From Octopus sinensis (taxonomy: Eukaryota), in the NCBI RefSeq assembly GCF_006345805.1, contig NW_021836878.1, positions 1 through 36,968 on the forward strand: a stretch of 36,968 bases of DNA, written 5' to 3'. Each line of letters opens with the position of its first letter. Position 1 is the stretch's first letter. Shown here in pieces: positions 1 through 11,126 of this stretch. A program made the position numbers and the translations under genes. The notes beneath the pieces were generated by a model. The model was not told the origin of the DNA and did no database searches. It was given only the letters and a program-made list of their open reading frames with translations.

Positions 1-194
1 CTCCATTCCGGGCGATCCGTGTGTGTGTGTGTGTTTGTACGTGTGCTCGTGTGTGTGTTTGTGTGGTGTGTGTGGTGTGAGAGGTCGTGTGTGTGGACAC
101 AAACGCACGTAGAAATGTATATATATATTTGTGTGTGTGGGGGGGGTAGGTAGAGGTGTATTTGTGTCAATATATTATAGGAGGGGCGTGGATG

Positions 195-325
195 TATAGT
201 AAGAATATTGCTTCCCAACAGCGTGGTTCTGTGTTCGGTTCCAGCGAATGACAAGTGTTTTCTACTGCAACTTCGGTCCGACCAAAACCTTGAATGTTAG
301 GTAGAGGAACCCGAAAGACGCCCTT
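195..325 (+). mobile_element. Degenerate 5' fragment of tRNA-derived SINE family A
   Basis: Diverged match to the head of the family A copies at 29802 and 36097 (ttgcttcccaac...caagtgttttctact...ccgaccaaaaccttg). Confidence 0.6.
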
Positions 326-378
326 TTGTTTGTTTGATTTGCTTTGTGTGTGTGTGTGTGTGTGTGTAAAAAAAAGAA

Positions 379-380
<2 letters not shown>

Positions 381-429
<49 letters not shown>

Positions 430-578
430 TATAATAATAATAATTCCACCGAAGTTGGCTTTGCCTTTCATCCTCGCGGGATCGATAAATTAAGTACCAG
501 TGAAACACGGGGTCGCTGTAATCGACTCATCTCCTCCACCAAAATGGCTGCCCTTGTGTCAAAAATTTTAAACCAGTA

Positions 579-624
<46 letters not shown>

Positions 625-647
625 CATTATTATTATTATTATTATTG
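381..647. repeat. (AAT)n and (ATT)n microsatellites flanking a SINE family B 3' fragment (446-575, +)
   Basis: Direct reading; the fragment contains ctttgcctttcatcc...gataaattaagtaccag...gtaatcgact as in 6628-6793. Confidence 0.85.
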
Positions 648-1148
648 AAGACAGTTTGATTCGGACCCTTGCTACTTAAAGTTTTGTAGTCTTTTCACAT
701 ATATCTCTCGTTTGAGGTAAGTGTTTCGCTTATCGCAGACATGTGGATATGGTTCCCGTTATTTTGATATCCCATAATAGTATTATTATGTCGCACAAAA
801 GAAAAAAAAATGGATCCCTGTCCTGATACCGCCATTATTTATATAATTTAACAAAGCATCACGATCTACTATAGAATTCATTTTTGGCATCTGTTGTCGC
901 TTACAGCTCTAAAACTACTCAAATCGATTAGAATCATACTGAAGTCATCCTGACTATTCCTTTTTCAGATTTTTGGCCTCCACCCCAGCATTTGTCTGTC
1001 CCTCTACTGACTCTGCAACACTCACGATTGTTATTCAACCTTTAAATCAGAAAGGATTTTTTTCCGAGACAAGTAATCAATTGTTTAACACTTGTGATCA
1101 TTTCCTTTTTATTCAGACATAGTGTATCTACGATTACTTAAACCAACA

Positions 1149-1474
1149 CCATCTCCTGCCGGAGCCTCGTGGAAATTTAGGTGTTTTCGCTCAATAAACA
1201 CTCACAACGCCCGGTCTGGGAATCGAAACCGCGATCCTACTGTACTCTTTCACCACAACTTTCTCTCACTCTTACTTCCTGTTTCTGTTGTACCTGTATT
1301 TCAAAGGCCGGCCTTGTCACTCTCTGTGTCACGCTGAATATCCCCGAGAACTACGTTAAGGGTACACGTGTCTGTGGAGTGCTCAGCCACTTACACGTTA
1401 ATTTCACGAGCAGGCTGTTCCGTTGATCGGATCAACCGGAACCCTCGTCGTCGTAACCGACGGAGTGCTTCCCC
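1149..1474 (+). mobile_element. SINE family C copy with 5' inversion and 13-bp TSD
   Basis: 1149-1240 is the reverse complement of 10272-10363 of the intact copy; 1241-1474 is collinear with 10376 onward; TSD acttaaaccaaca at 1136-1148 and 1475-1487. Confidence 0.92.
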
Positions 1475-1959
1475 ACTTAAACCAACAACCTATTCCATAA
1501 GATTGTAAACCGGAAGTAGACAAATTATCGGCAGACATTTATAAATTTGAGAGAGACCGACCGCGTTAAGAGCTCTGACTGTTATGGCTGCGCACTTTGC
1601 TCAGCCTTACTGTGTACCTTTCCTCAAATACAAGTACAAGACAATGAGAAATTACTTCTATAGAGTCACTGCATGAAAGCCAATTCTTTAGAGGTGCCCT
1701 CACAGCAAATATGATTGCTGAAATTTTAATGATCGTAGCTACTATAAAAACAACAATGAAATTTATAAATGAGAATAGACTAGGCAGAGTAGGAGCACAC
1801 ACGAGGAGAGAAAGTGTTGCTGAAGAGGTCACAGGTGTGTGACGAAAGGTTTTCGGACAATGGAGACGAGTTAAAAGAAGATCAGTTATAAACTAGTGAA
1901 AAGCGAATATATGTGCGTGTGTTTATTTGCCAGAAAAAAAAATGACCGTCCCGAAATAC

Positions 1960-2211
1960 AACAATAATTTATAAAGGTGTAAACGTAATTAATACATTAT
2001 TTTCTAAATTTATGAATTTATGAAATATGGAAGTGAAATATGTAGTTCAACCTACACAAGTGAATGTGTGGAGAACAAAATAGGAATTTTGAAAGAAGCA
2101 ACTAAAACACTAGTTTTTATGTATTGAATGACTATGGTGGTCTACCAGAATAGAATAGTAATCAAAGGGGTTCATAGATAAAAAAAAATTTTTAATGGTT
2201 GAGAAACCCTG
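1960..2211 (-). mobile_element. Partial hAT-type MITE, same family as 5208-5517, opposite orientation
   Basis: Shares tagttcaacctacacaagtgaatgtgtg...aacaaaataggaattttga and ends in atggttgagaaaccctg (TIR); the other end is decayed. Confidence 0.7.
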
Positions 2212-2431
2212 ATTTAAAGCAATTGCTTTTTTCGGTGAAATAGATAGGGATATAGAGAGATACAAATACTGAAACACAAATGCATGTACACACACACACA
2301 CACACAATCTGCGACTACTTGCAAGAATGCATACTAAGGATACTTCGTGTATTAGTGGATATTTAAAAATGAATTCACGTGTTTATATGTGAATGCGCGC
2401 GTGTGTGTGTGTACTTGTGTGTGTATGTGTA

Positions 2432-2477
<46 letters not shown>

Positions 2478-2535
2478 CACACATACACACATTTATACTT
2501 GTATGTATATGTACATGTTTGTATCAAATTAATAT

Positions 2536-2944
2536 ACTCTTTACTCTTTTACTTGTTTCAGTCATTTGACTGCAGCCATGCTGGAGCACCGCCTTTAGTC
2601 GAGCAAATCAACCCCAGGACTCATTCTTTGTACGCCTAGTACTAATTCTATCGGTCTCTTTTGCCGAACCGCTAAGTTACGGGGGACGTAAACACACCAG
2701 CATCGGTTGTCAAGCGATGTTGGGGGGACAAACACAAACACACACACACATATATATATAATATATATATATAGATATATACTACGGGCTTCTTTCAGTT
2801 TCCGTCTACCAAATCCACACACAAGGCTTTGGTCGGCCCGCGGCTATAGTAGAAGACACTTGCCCATGATGCCACGTAGTAGGACTGAACCCGGAACCAT
2901 GTGGTCAGTAAGCAAGCTACTTACCACACAGCCACTCCTACGCC
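2536..2944 (-). mobile_element. tRNA-derived SINE family A, near full length
   Basis: Reverse complement of the 29802-30220 and 36097-36493 type: tRNA-like head, internal (TA)/(TG) tract, ggcggtgctccagcatggc...ctgaaacaagtaaaagag tail. Confidence 0.92.
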
Positions 2945-3061
2945 TATATACACATTTTTGTACAAATTTTCGGAATCACTTGCATCCACTTACGTATACA
3001 CACATACATACATGTTAGACACAGCTTGTATATAAATGTGTGCGTGTATGTGTGTGTGCAC

Positions 3062-3139
3062 AGAGAGAGAGAAAGAGATAGTAGATAGACAGAGAGAGAG
3101 AGAGAGAGAGAGAGAGTGAGAAGGTGAGAGAGAGAGAGA
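3062..3139. repeat. (GA)n microsatellite; (UC)n on the GATA sense strand
   Basis: Direct reading. Confidence 0.9.
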
Positions 3140-3221
3140 CAGCTATCTGCCAAACAACCAAAACAAACGATCATAATCACCACCATCATTCATTCATTCC
3201 TTTTCCTACACCCCCACTTAC

Positions 3222-3268
3222 CAACCTCTTGCAGAGAAGAAGACGCCGGCCATTAATGCCAAAAATGG
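3222..3268 (-). CDS. GATA4/5/6: Candidate 47-nt alternative exon of the GATA gene: (A)IFGINGRRLLLCKRL, phase 1 to phase 0
   Basis: CAG acceptor (3271-3269) downstream of a pyrimidine tract cttcctttgttttcct; TG|GTAAGT donor (3221-3216); open in the inherited frame; GIN...RL ending parallels the end of the GATA N-finger exon (GINRPLIKPQRRL); lies in non-repetitive GC-rich sequence. Confidence 0.6.
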
Positions 3269-3704
3269 CTGGGCGGCGCCAACATTACAGGAAAACAAAG
3301 GAAGCCCTCACGACCAATTAATGCAAGACCAGACCATTTCTGTTAACAACTGGCTGTCACTTTATGACGGAACCAACACAAAGAATATGAACAAGTCAGC
3401 AGCAGTGATGGGAAGAATTCATGCGTATTTGGGAGGTGTTGGTGGTGGTGAGAGAAGTTCGCCGGGGTTAGGGTTAGGTGAAGGGGCTAGTTAATGGAGA
3501 TAGTAGAACCCCCTCTTCTTTTATGCTGTATTGTTTTAGAATTTAGGTAGTGTAGGCAGAAAATACAGTCAACCACCCAATTCTTCCACCCCCTACAAAA
3601 AAATTTCCATCGCACATTGCTCGACGCGTCGCCGCCTTTTGCACAAACGTGCGCATCTTTCATGCATTCATTATATATCTTTGTATCTTATAATCTATTT
3701 TAGG

Positions 3705-3885
3705 AATTGGAATGCGGCCATACTGGAGCACCGCCTTGAAGGATTTAGTCAAAATATATCGAAACCCAGTACTTAAAATTCACACACAGGGCATAGGTCG
3801 GCCTGGGATTATAGGAAAAAAAAATAATTGCTTAAGGTGCCTCGCAGTGGCACTGAACCCAAAATCAAATGGTTGCAAAGCGAGC
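3705..3885 (-). mobile_element. Internally deleted SINE family A copy
   Basis: Tail (gcggccatactggagcaccgcc) joined to head (cgcagtggcactgaaccc) with the middle missing. Confidence 0.7.
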
Positions 3886-3896
3886 TGATACACACG

Positions 3897-3942
<46 letters not shown>

Positions 3943-4035
3943 TTTGGCTGCTATTTCTAAAGTTCGGTGTGTGGTGAAGCAAATTCTTTTGCCTATATAT
4001 ATATATATATATATATTATTCTTTATTTATATGTA

Positions 4036-4418
4036 TTCTTTTATTCTTTACTTGTTTCCGTTATTTGACTGCAGCCATGCCGGAGCACCGCCTTGAAAAC
4101 TTTTAATCTAACAAATCGACCCCAGGATTATTTTTTAATGCCTAGTACTTAATCTGTCGGTCTCTTTTGCCGAACCACTATTTGACGGGGTCTTAAACAC
4201 ACCAACACCGGCTATCAAACACAGACATAAGCACATAGATATACATAAATATAGATATATACAACGAGATTCTTTCAGTTTCCCTCTACAAAATCCATTC
4301 ACAAGGCTTTGGCCAGCTCGAGGCGATAGTAGAATACACTTGTCCAAGATGCCTCGCATTGGGACTAAACCCAGAACCACGCGGCTGGGAAGCAAGCTTC
4401 TTATCACACAGCCATGCC
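4036..4418 (-). mobile_element. SINE family A, near full length, diverged
   Basis: Collinear with 2536-2944. Confidence 0.9.
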
Positions 4419-5051
4419 TATATATATTAACACAAGCACATTTCCTATGACATGTTTGTGTGAACAATAGTGTCGCTTGTTAAACGTTTCCAGTGAGTCG
4501 ATTACGGATTTATTGTATTCTTGCAGAGGAGAGCGACAAGATTTTTGTGTATTCAGCATCTGAAATCCTGCATTTGGTCATCCGATATGGGCGTTTGTTC
4601 CAAACTTTGATAGTCATGTATAAGAAGGTTCATGCCCTGAATTGCGGGTCCCCTGCATCGGGTGTTGAGAGGCCGTGCACAGGCGCTTTTTTTTTTCTCT
4701 CTTTTTATGATGCGGTGGCATTATCATTTCCCTGGGAAACTGTTGCTGCCTTATGTGTTGTAAGCCGATGATAACTGTTTGTGTTTGTTCGCATCTTTTC
4801 CTTAAACTGTAATAACCCGAAAACAATAATACCAATCCTATCCTATGATGTGTCGCGGGCTTTTAGGTGACACGCGATGAATTTTGATAAAAAATAAAAT
4901 AAAAATTAAAAAGTATTCTCTGCAATATATCATGTTATAAAAGGGCTCGTCTATAAGAATTTCTGTGTATACAGACACCCACGCACATACGTTTTCTCTT
5001 CCACTTTTTTCAGACTTTGGAGTGCGGTGAAGCTGAGGCATCGTCCTCATC

Positions 5052-5195
5052 CTTTATATTTTACTAGTTTTAGTCATTAGATTGCGGCCATGCTGGGGCA
5101 CAGCCTTCAGCAACTTCTTTAGTCGAATGACTGGTACTTGTAACCTTCCATTTTGCCGAACCGTAAAGTTACGGGGGTCATAAACACACCAACAG
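5052..5195 (-). mobile_element. SINE family A 3' fragment
   Basis: gcggccatgctggggcacagcc...ttttgccgaaccgtaaagttacgggg matches the family A tail. Confidence 0.75.
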
Positions 5196-5207
5196 TATAA
5201 TTTAAAC

Positions 5208-5517
5208 CAGGAGTTCTCAACCATTTAAAAAAAAATCTATGGACCCCAATTAGTTACTATTTTATTCTATCAAAATTCCTATTTTGTTTCTCACACATTA
5301 ACTTGTGTAGGCTGAACTATGTAAAATGTCAGAGAAAGAAGCCTGGCTGTTTCTTACAATGCATACCGATACATACATCTAAAGCAAAATTCATTCAGGG
5401 GCCCTTAAAAGACTATTGATGATCTCTAGTTTATCAGTTTACTATTTTATTACATGGGCCCCGTAAAATCTTATATGGACCCTCAGGTGTCATACAGACC
5501 ATCGCTGAGAACTATTG
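5208..5517 (+). mobile_element. Non-autonomous hAT-superfamily MITE (310 bp)
   Basis: Imperfect TIRs caggagttctcaac / gctgagaactattg (11/14); 8-bp TSD atttaaac (5200-5207) / atttagac (5518-5525), the TSD length diagnostic of hAT elements. Confidence 0.8.
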
Positions 5518-5768
5518 ATTTAGACTCAGAATATAAAACGCTAGAACCAGTGCTGTAAGATAGTTTGGCGGATTCTACCAATCCTCTGTTATAGAACTCA
5601 CTGAAGAATCTCAGCAAAAGCAATTTCTCTGTTGGCAAGACGAACACAGTTAAGTTGGATGCAGTCTGGGCTATTATTGTGCATCAGCCACAATTGTTTC
5701 AACATTGCATGTGTATGTATGTGTATGTGTGTGTACGTGTGAATGTGTATGCGCGCGCGCGTGTGTGT

Positions 5769-5799
<31 letters not shown>

Positions 5800-6627
5800 C
5801 TCGTGTCGTCTGTTTCTCTAGTTAGATCTTATAGACAGACCGGGAGCCTCAGAAACTCGAACACATCTACATTATGACCTAAACTTCTCCACGCTTCTTA
5901 AACAGCTATGACTATTGTAAACGTTACGAGTAATGGATATATATATATATATATATATTATATATAATAATATATATATATATATATATTATATATAAAT
6001 AACTTATCGCAGACAACAAATATTTCAATATAACAAAAGTAGAAACAGCAACAACAACATAAATAATAATAACCACAGAAACGTTACCATCATCATCTTC
6101 ATCATCAATTGTACAAACAATAGAAAAAAAAATGGGAAAAAAAGACATCAACAACCAACAACATACAGACGGCCATGAAACGAAGAGAAAGGCCATGAAT
6201 GAAAGGCAGAGGAAAATATAGCAATTAGAATAAGATAAGAAATACATAAATTCTGATGGAGATGTGAAAAGATGATAGTAGCAGGTGGAGGATGAAGAGA
6301 GTGGGGAGACGGGGAGAGAGAGAGGGGGGAGAGGGAGTGGAAGAGAGAGGAAGAAGAAAAGAAGTAATGTGCGACAGATGAAAGCCTAAAAGAAGATGGA
6401 ACCAAGAACTTGGAACAAATTATTTTCTTTGTCAAACGAAATTGTTTGTTTGGTTGCTTGTGTGTGTGTGTGCTTGAGTGTGAATGTGTGTGTATGTATG
6501 TATGTATGTATGTATGTGTGTGTGTGTGTTTTGTTTCTGTGTGATGTTTTTGTTGTTGTTGTTTTTTTTAAAACCCCAGGTCGGCGTTGTGCCAGCAGAT
6601 CTATGATCGACAGACTTTCCAGTGTAG

Positions 6628-6793
6628 TCTGCCGTTACGTTCTGAGTTCAAATTCCGCCGAGGTCGACTTTGCCTTTCATCCTTTCGGGGTCGATAAATA
6701 AAAGTACCAGTTTCGCACTGGGGTCGATGTAATCGACTTAATCCCTTTGTTTGTCCTCTCTATGTTTAGCCCCTTGTGAGCAATAAAGAAATA
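6628..6793 (+). mobile_element. SINE family B, 5'-truncated
   Basis: gttctgagttcaaattccgccgaggtcgactttgcc (B-box-like)...gataaataaaagtaccag...gtaatcgactt...caataaagaaata. Confidence 0.88.
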
Positions 6794-7396
6794 TAATACT
6801 TCACTGTCTATGCTGTGGCCTCCTTCTTTCGCTGCCGCTTAGTCCCTGGTCATCACTGCTCCAGCCGACTTTTGACCAAATCCATATGCGGCCATCACGT
6901 CTTTCATCAGACAGTTCATTCACGACTAAATCTTATTTATCTACTGCAACCCCTCTTCGTCAATTCAGAGATGACCCTACAAACTAATACCCAGAGACGT
7001 TCCACCCTGTCACTTTTACTCAGACATAGTGTATCTAGGAATATAAATTTCTATGCATTTCCTCCTTTTTAAAATAGATCAGTAGTATGCGATTCTGCAT
7101 AAGATTTTACTGCTATTTCTAGCGTGTCAAACGACTGTGTAAAGCCTGCCTTATTAGCACGTTACTCTCATGTTCTCTGTGTGTGTATAGTATATATGAC
7201 TAAGTGTGTATGTGTGTGTACGTTTTATGTGTTAATATCTGAGAGTATTTGTAAATGTGTCCATTTATAGAAGCGCGTGTTTATATGTAATCAAGTATGC
7301 ATTTATATAAGCGTGGGTGTACATGTATCTGATTATACATTTATATGACTGTTGTTCATGCTTCGCTTGTAACGACAACACCGCCTCCATCCGACT

Positions 7397-7435
<39 letters not shown>

Positions 7436-7480
7436 GTCATCATCGTCATCATCGTCGTCATCATCGTCATCACCACCACC

Positions 7481-7513
<33 letters not shown>

Positions 7514-7533
7514 CATCATCATCATCATCATTA
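7397..7533. repeat. (CAT)n/(CAC)n compound microsatellite
   Basis: Direct reading; source of the poly-His/Asp/Ser ORFs. Confidence 0.95.
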
Positions 7534-8125
7534 TTTATCTAATAATCGTTTATCTTTCACCTACCCTCGGTTGCATCCGTATAATCAACACTCCCAATTT
7601 GTACTCACTGTGTTTCAAATTGTTATTATAAAATATCAGCATTTTCATGGTGTTCGATCGAAATATTGGTTGAATATATTCATATTGCTCGATCGATCGA
7701 TAGATAGATAGATACATAGATAAATAGATAAAGTTGTTGAAATTGGTTCAATAGAAGTGACTAGTGGACTACTTTCAAATTGCCATTATCAATGATTTGA
7801 TAATGAAGCTACAGGTCGAAACGACTTTTGTGGCAATTTCTAAATACGCACATACACAAAAATAAATGTTTGTCTTTATGTAAAGTTACACATAAAAGCA
7901 ATTTAACACTAGACTGTAGAATATCACAATCATTTTACTAGGGCATGCGTTTGTTAAACTTTTGCAAGAAATATGAAAGTGACTTCGCAGTTTAATTCGA
8001 ACGCACACACATATATATATATATATATGACGGTGATATGGGATTTGAGAAGGATTTGGTTGTTGCTATTATTAGCAAAATGAGTACATGTGCAAACGCT
8101 GCTATATAAAAACGTGATAATATCA

Positions 8126-8268
<143 letters not shown>

Positions 8269-8282
8269 TCTACCAATATACT

Positions 8283-8630
8283 GACATGGCTGTGTGGTAA
8301 GAGGTTTGCTTCACAACCACATGGGTTCAGTCCCATTGCAAGTCAGTCACCTCGGTCACGCGTCTTCTACTATAGCCTCAGACCGACCAAGGCCTTGTGA
8401 ATGGATTGGGTAGACGGAAACTGAAAGAAGACACACGCACGCGCGCATTTCTGGTTTGCTTGTCCTCTACCGCACCGCTAAACCGTTGTTTTTTTTAATG
8501 TTTCTGTAATTTACCGGATCGGAAAAAGACCCTGATGAAGTAAGCACCCAGTTCTAGGACCGATTCGTTCGACTAAAAGAGTTCAAGGCAGTGCTACTGC
8601 ATGGCCGCAGTCTAGTGACTGAATCAATTA
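8283..8630 (+). mobile_element. SINE family A, diverged
   Basis: Head ggctgtgtggtaagaggtttgc...gtagacggaaactgaaagaag and tail gcatggccgcagtctagtgactgaa. Confidence 0.85.
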
Positions 8631-8770
8631 ACCGATAACAGATATGCACACATGTGTTGTGCGTGTATGAGGGCGTGTGTTTATGTATGTATGTACGTTG
8701 TATGTATGATGTATGTATGTATGTATGTATGTATGTATGTATGTATGTATGTATGTATGTATGTATGTGT

Positions 8771-9095
8771 AGATTTGTTTGTTGTATGTATATATTCTCA
8801 TGCATATAGTTACATATCTAGACATGCTTATATATATTCAAATGATAAACTTTTGGAAAGTTTTACAGATTTTCACAGTTCCAATGATGGATTGGACCTG
8901 TAGTCTTCGAATTAGCTTTCTCCTTTCTGGTTTTCAGAAGCTAATTTTTCAAGATTGGTATTTAGGCAGTGTGTTACGTATCCCTGGGCCCCAATAATTA
9001 CAGGTATAAATCTGAACTTTTAATCTGGATAGAGTATCTACAGATTTCTCAATAGTTCAGCATAGGTGTTCTCTTTTACACTGATCTTCAACTTA
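8771..9095 (-). mobile_element. 3' fragment of an REL-endonuclease non-LTR retrotransposon (R4/Dong-like) embedded in (CATA)n
   Basis: Minus-strand translation with stops and a frameshift gives ENTYAELLRNL*ILYPD*KFRFIPVIIGAQGYVTHCLNTNLEKL..KPERRKLIRRLQVQSIIGTVKICKTFQKF. This resembles the C-terminal PxxIGALG...GT..I segment of R4/Dong-type ORFs. A short 3' UTR follows. Confidence 0.72.
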
Positions 9096-9774
9096 TGTAT
9101 GTATGTATGTATGTATGTATGTATGTATGTATGTATGTATGTATGTATGTATGTGCGTACGTGTGCATTTATTTATGTTCAGAACAGTTTCTCACGTAAC
9201 TGTGTCTCTCCAATTATCATGGCCTCAATGTTTAAAGCTGACATTTACTGGCCCACGATCGTAAAAACAAGAAAATAGAACAAGAGCACGTCATATAAAG
9301 ACTAATCAAACAAAAATGATCCCTAGTTTTAAGTTGTTTTTAAGGAGACAATTAATGAGGTAATCACATCAAAGGTAAAGTTTTTCAGGTGTGAAGTCTT
9401 TTAATCGTCTCTATACAACAGATAAGACCTACCGTCTCTCTGATGTAGACTACTTGTAATACTAATACTAATGCTAACACCAACAGAATTATGACATCAA
9501 ATATAGTAATATATTATATAAATACGGACAATTTTGACATAACGTAAATATAAGATAAATAACGACATGAACAAGAACATCAAGTTTAATACAATCACTA
9601 GAAACCAATATCAACAACCAAAGAAGGTGCCTCTATGTTGTCGTTTGATCTGCGAGACAAAATAGCAGTGATTTTATTCCACACTGTAACGATTAATACA
9701 AACCACTATTCTGTGCCTGAATAATAATTCCTTTCTAATATAGTAAAAAATATATATATATTCCTACTCGAGCT

Positions 9775-10003
9775 ATGCCAGGCTCATAAGGGCCGGTTTC
9801 CCGGTTTCAGTGGCGTAGAAATTCCTCACCTGAACAGGACGCCGGTCCGTCGTAGGATTACTCATTTTTGCCAGCTGAGTGCACTGGAGCAACGTGAAAT
9901 GAAGTGTTTTGCTCAAGAACACAACGCATCGCCCGGTCCAGGAATCGAAACCATAACCTTACGTTCATGAGTTCAACACCATAACCACTAAGCCACGCGC
10001 CTC
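9775..10003 (-). mobile_element. tRNA-derived SINE family D, full length
   Basis: Reverse complement begins ggaggcgcgtggcttagtggtt (A box)...ggtttcgattcc (B box), then the core ttcacgttgctccagtgcactcagctggc. Confidence 0.88.
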
Positions 10004-10004
10004 C

Positions 10005-10196
10005 ACAATATAGGCAAAAGGACAGCAATTTTAGGAGTAGGGTACAGTCGATTGCATCGACCCTGGTGCTCAACTGGTACTTATGTTATCGATGCCGAAA
10101 AGATGACAGGCAAAATCAACCTCAGAACGTTAAGACGAACAAAATACCGCTAAGCATTTTGTCCGGCGTGCCGACGATTTGGCCAGTTCGTCGCCT
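10005..10196 (-). mobile_element. SINE family B, near full length, diverged
   Basis: Reverse complement begins ggcgacgaactggcc...gcacgccggacaaaatgcttagcggtatt and contains aagtaccagttgagcacc. Confidence 0.8.
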
Positions 10197-10228
10197 CCTA
10201 TGTCAGAATAGTAATAACAAAATTTATT

Positions 10229-10612
10229 GGAGGCACAATGGCCCAGTGGTTAGGGCAGCGGACTCGCGGTCGTAGGATCGCGGTTTCGATTCCCAGACCG
10301 GGCGTTGTGAGTGTTTATTGAGCGAAAACACCTAAAGCTCCACGAGGCTCCGGCAGGGGATGGTGGTGATCCCTGCTGTACTCTTTCGCCACAACTTTCT
10401 CTCACTCTTACTTCCTGTTTCTGTTGTACCTGTATTTCAAAGGGCCGGCCTTGTCACTCTCTGTGTCACGCTGAATATCTCCGAGAACTACGTTAAGGGT
10501 ACACGTGTCTGTGGAGTGCTCAGCCACTTGCACGTTAATTTCACGAGCAGGCTGTTCCGTTGATTCGGATCAACCGGAACCCTCATCGTCGTAACCGACG
10601 GAGTGCTTCCAA
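10229..10612 (+). mobile_element. tRNA-derived SINE family C, full length with 12-bp TSD
   Basis: A box tggcccagtgg, B box gtttcgattcc; TSD aacaaaatttat at 10216-10227 and 10616-10627. Confidence 0.93.
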
Positions 10613-11126
10613 TCCAACAAAATTTATAAAACATACTGAAGATGATAGGTAATATTTTTTCTCTTTGATTTCACCAAAAATCAACGACGATGACGCTCAC
10701 GTGTCTCAACAGGAAACAGAAAAAATGGTAATAATTCTTTCCAATTCTGGGACAAAGTTATCAAGTTTAGTAGGAAGAGGCAAGTCGATAAAATCGACCA
10801 AGGTACTTGACTGTTATTTAGAGCCGGAAGAAATACCACAAAACATTTTGTCCGATACTCTAACAATTCTTCCAACTAACAACAATCTGAATAATTTAAT
10901 TAAAACGTTTAAGAACAATAGAATATTTTTCTCACCAAAGATCAAAGAAGGAAGAAGAGTTATGTCTTTCCGTGGTAAATAAATGAAAGTAATTATAACA
11001 CACTCTTATTTTTGTAGATGGTGAGAAATCCTGAGAGATGGGGAAAGTTCGATTACAACCATCCCGGTGCTCAAGTGCTAACTGGTACTTTTTTTATCGA
11101 CCCCCGAAAGAATGAAAAGCATAGGC

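Noticed and set aside
1566-1832. 88-aa hydrophobic minus-strand ORF
   Set aside because: GTG start, no homology recognised, no convincing donor; hydrophobicity reflects T-rich DNA.
3222-3227. Alternative reading as a 6-nt microexon (tcttcttctcTGCaag|AGGTTG|gtaagt) with a UGC motif
   Set aside because: AAG acceptor is weaker than the upstream CAG, and the 47-nt reading explains the GIN...RL similarity and phases. Not excluded without RNA-seq.
3466-3478. TTAGGG-like repeats
   Set aside because: Only about two units; not an interstitial telomere.
10229-10304. tRNA gene
   Set aside because: It is the tRNA-derived head of a SINE that continues for about 310 bp and is flanked by a TSD.
10665-10982. 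105-aa plus-strand ORF
   Set aside because: TTG start, AT-rich, no recognisable motif or splice signals.
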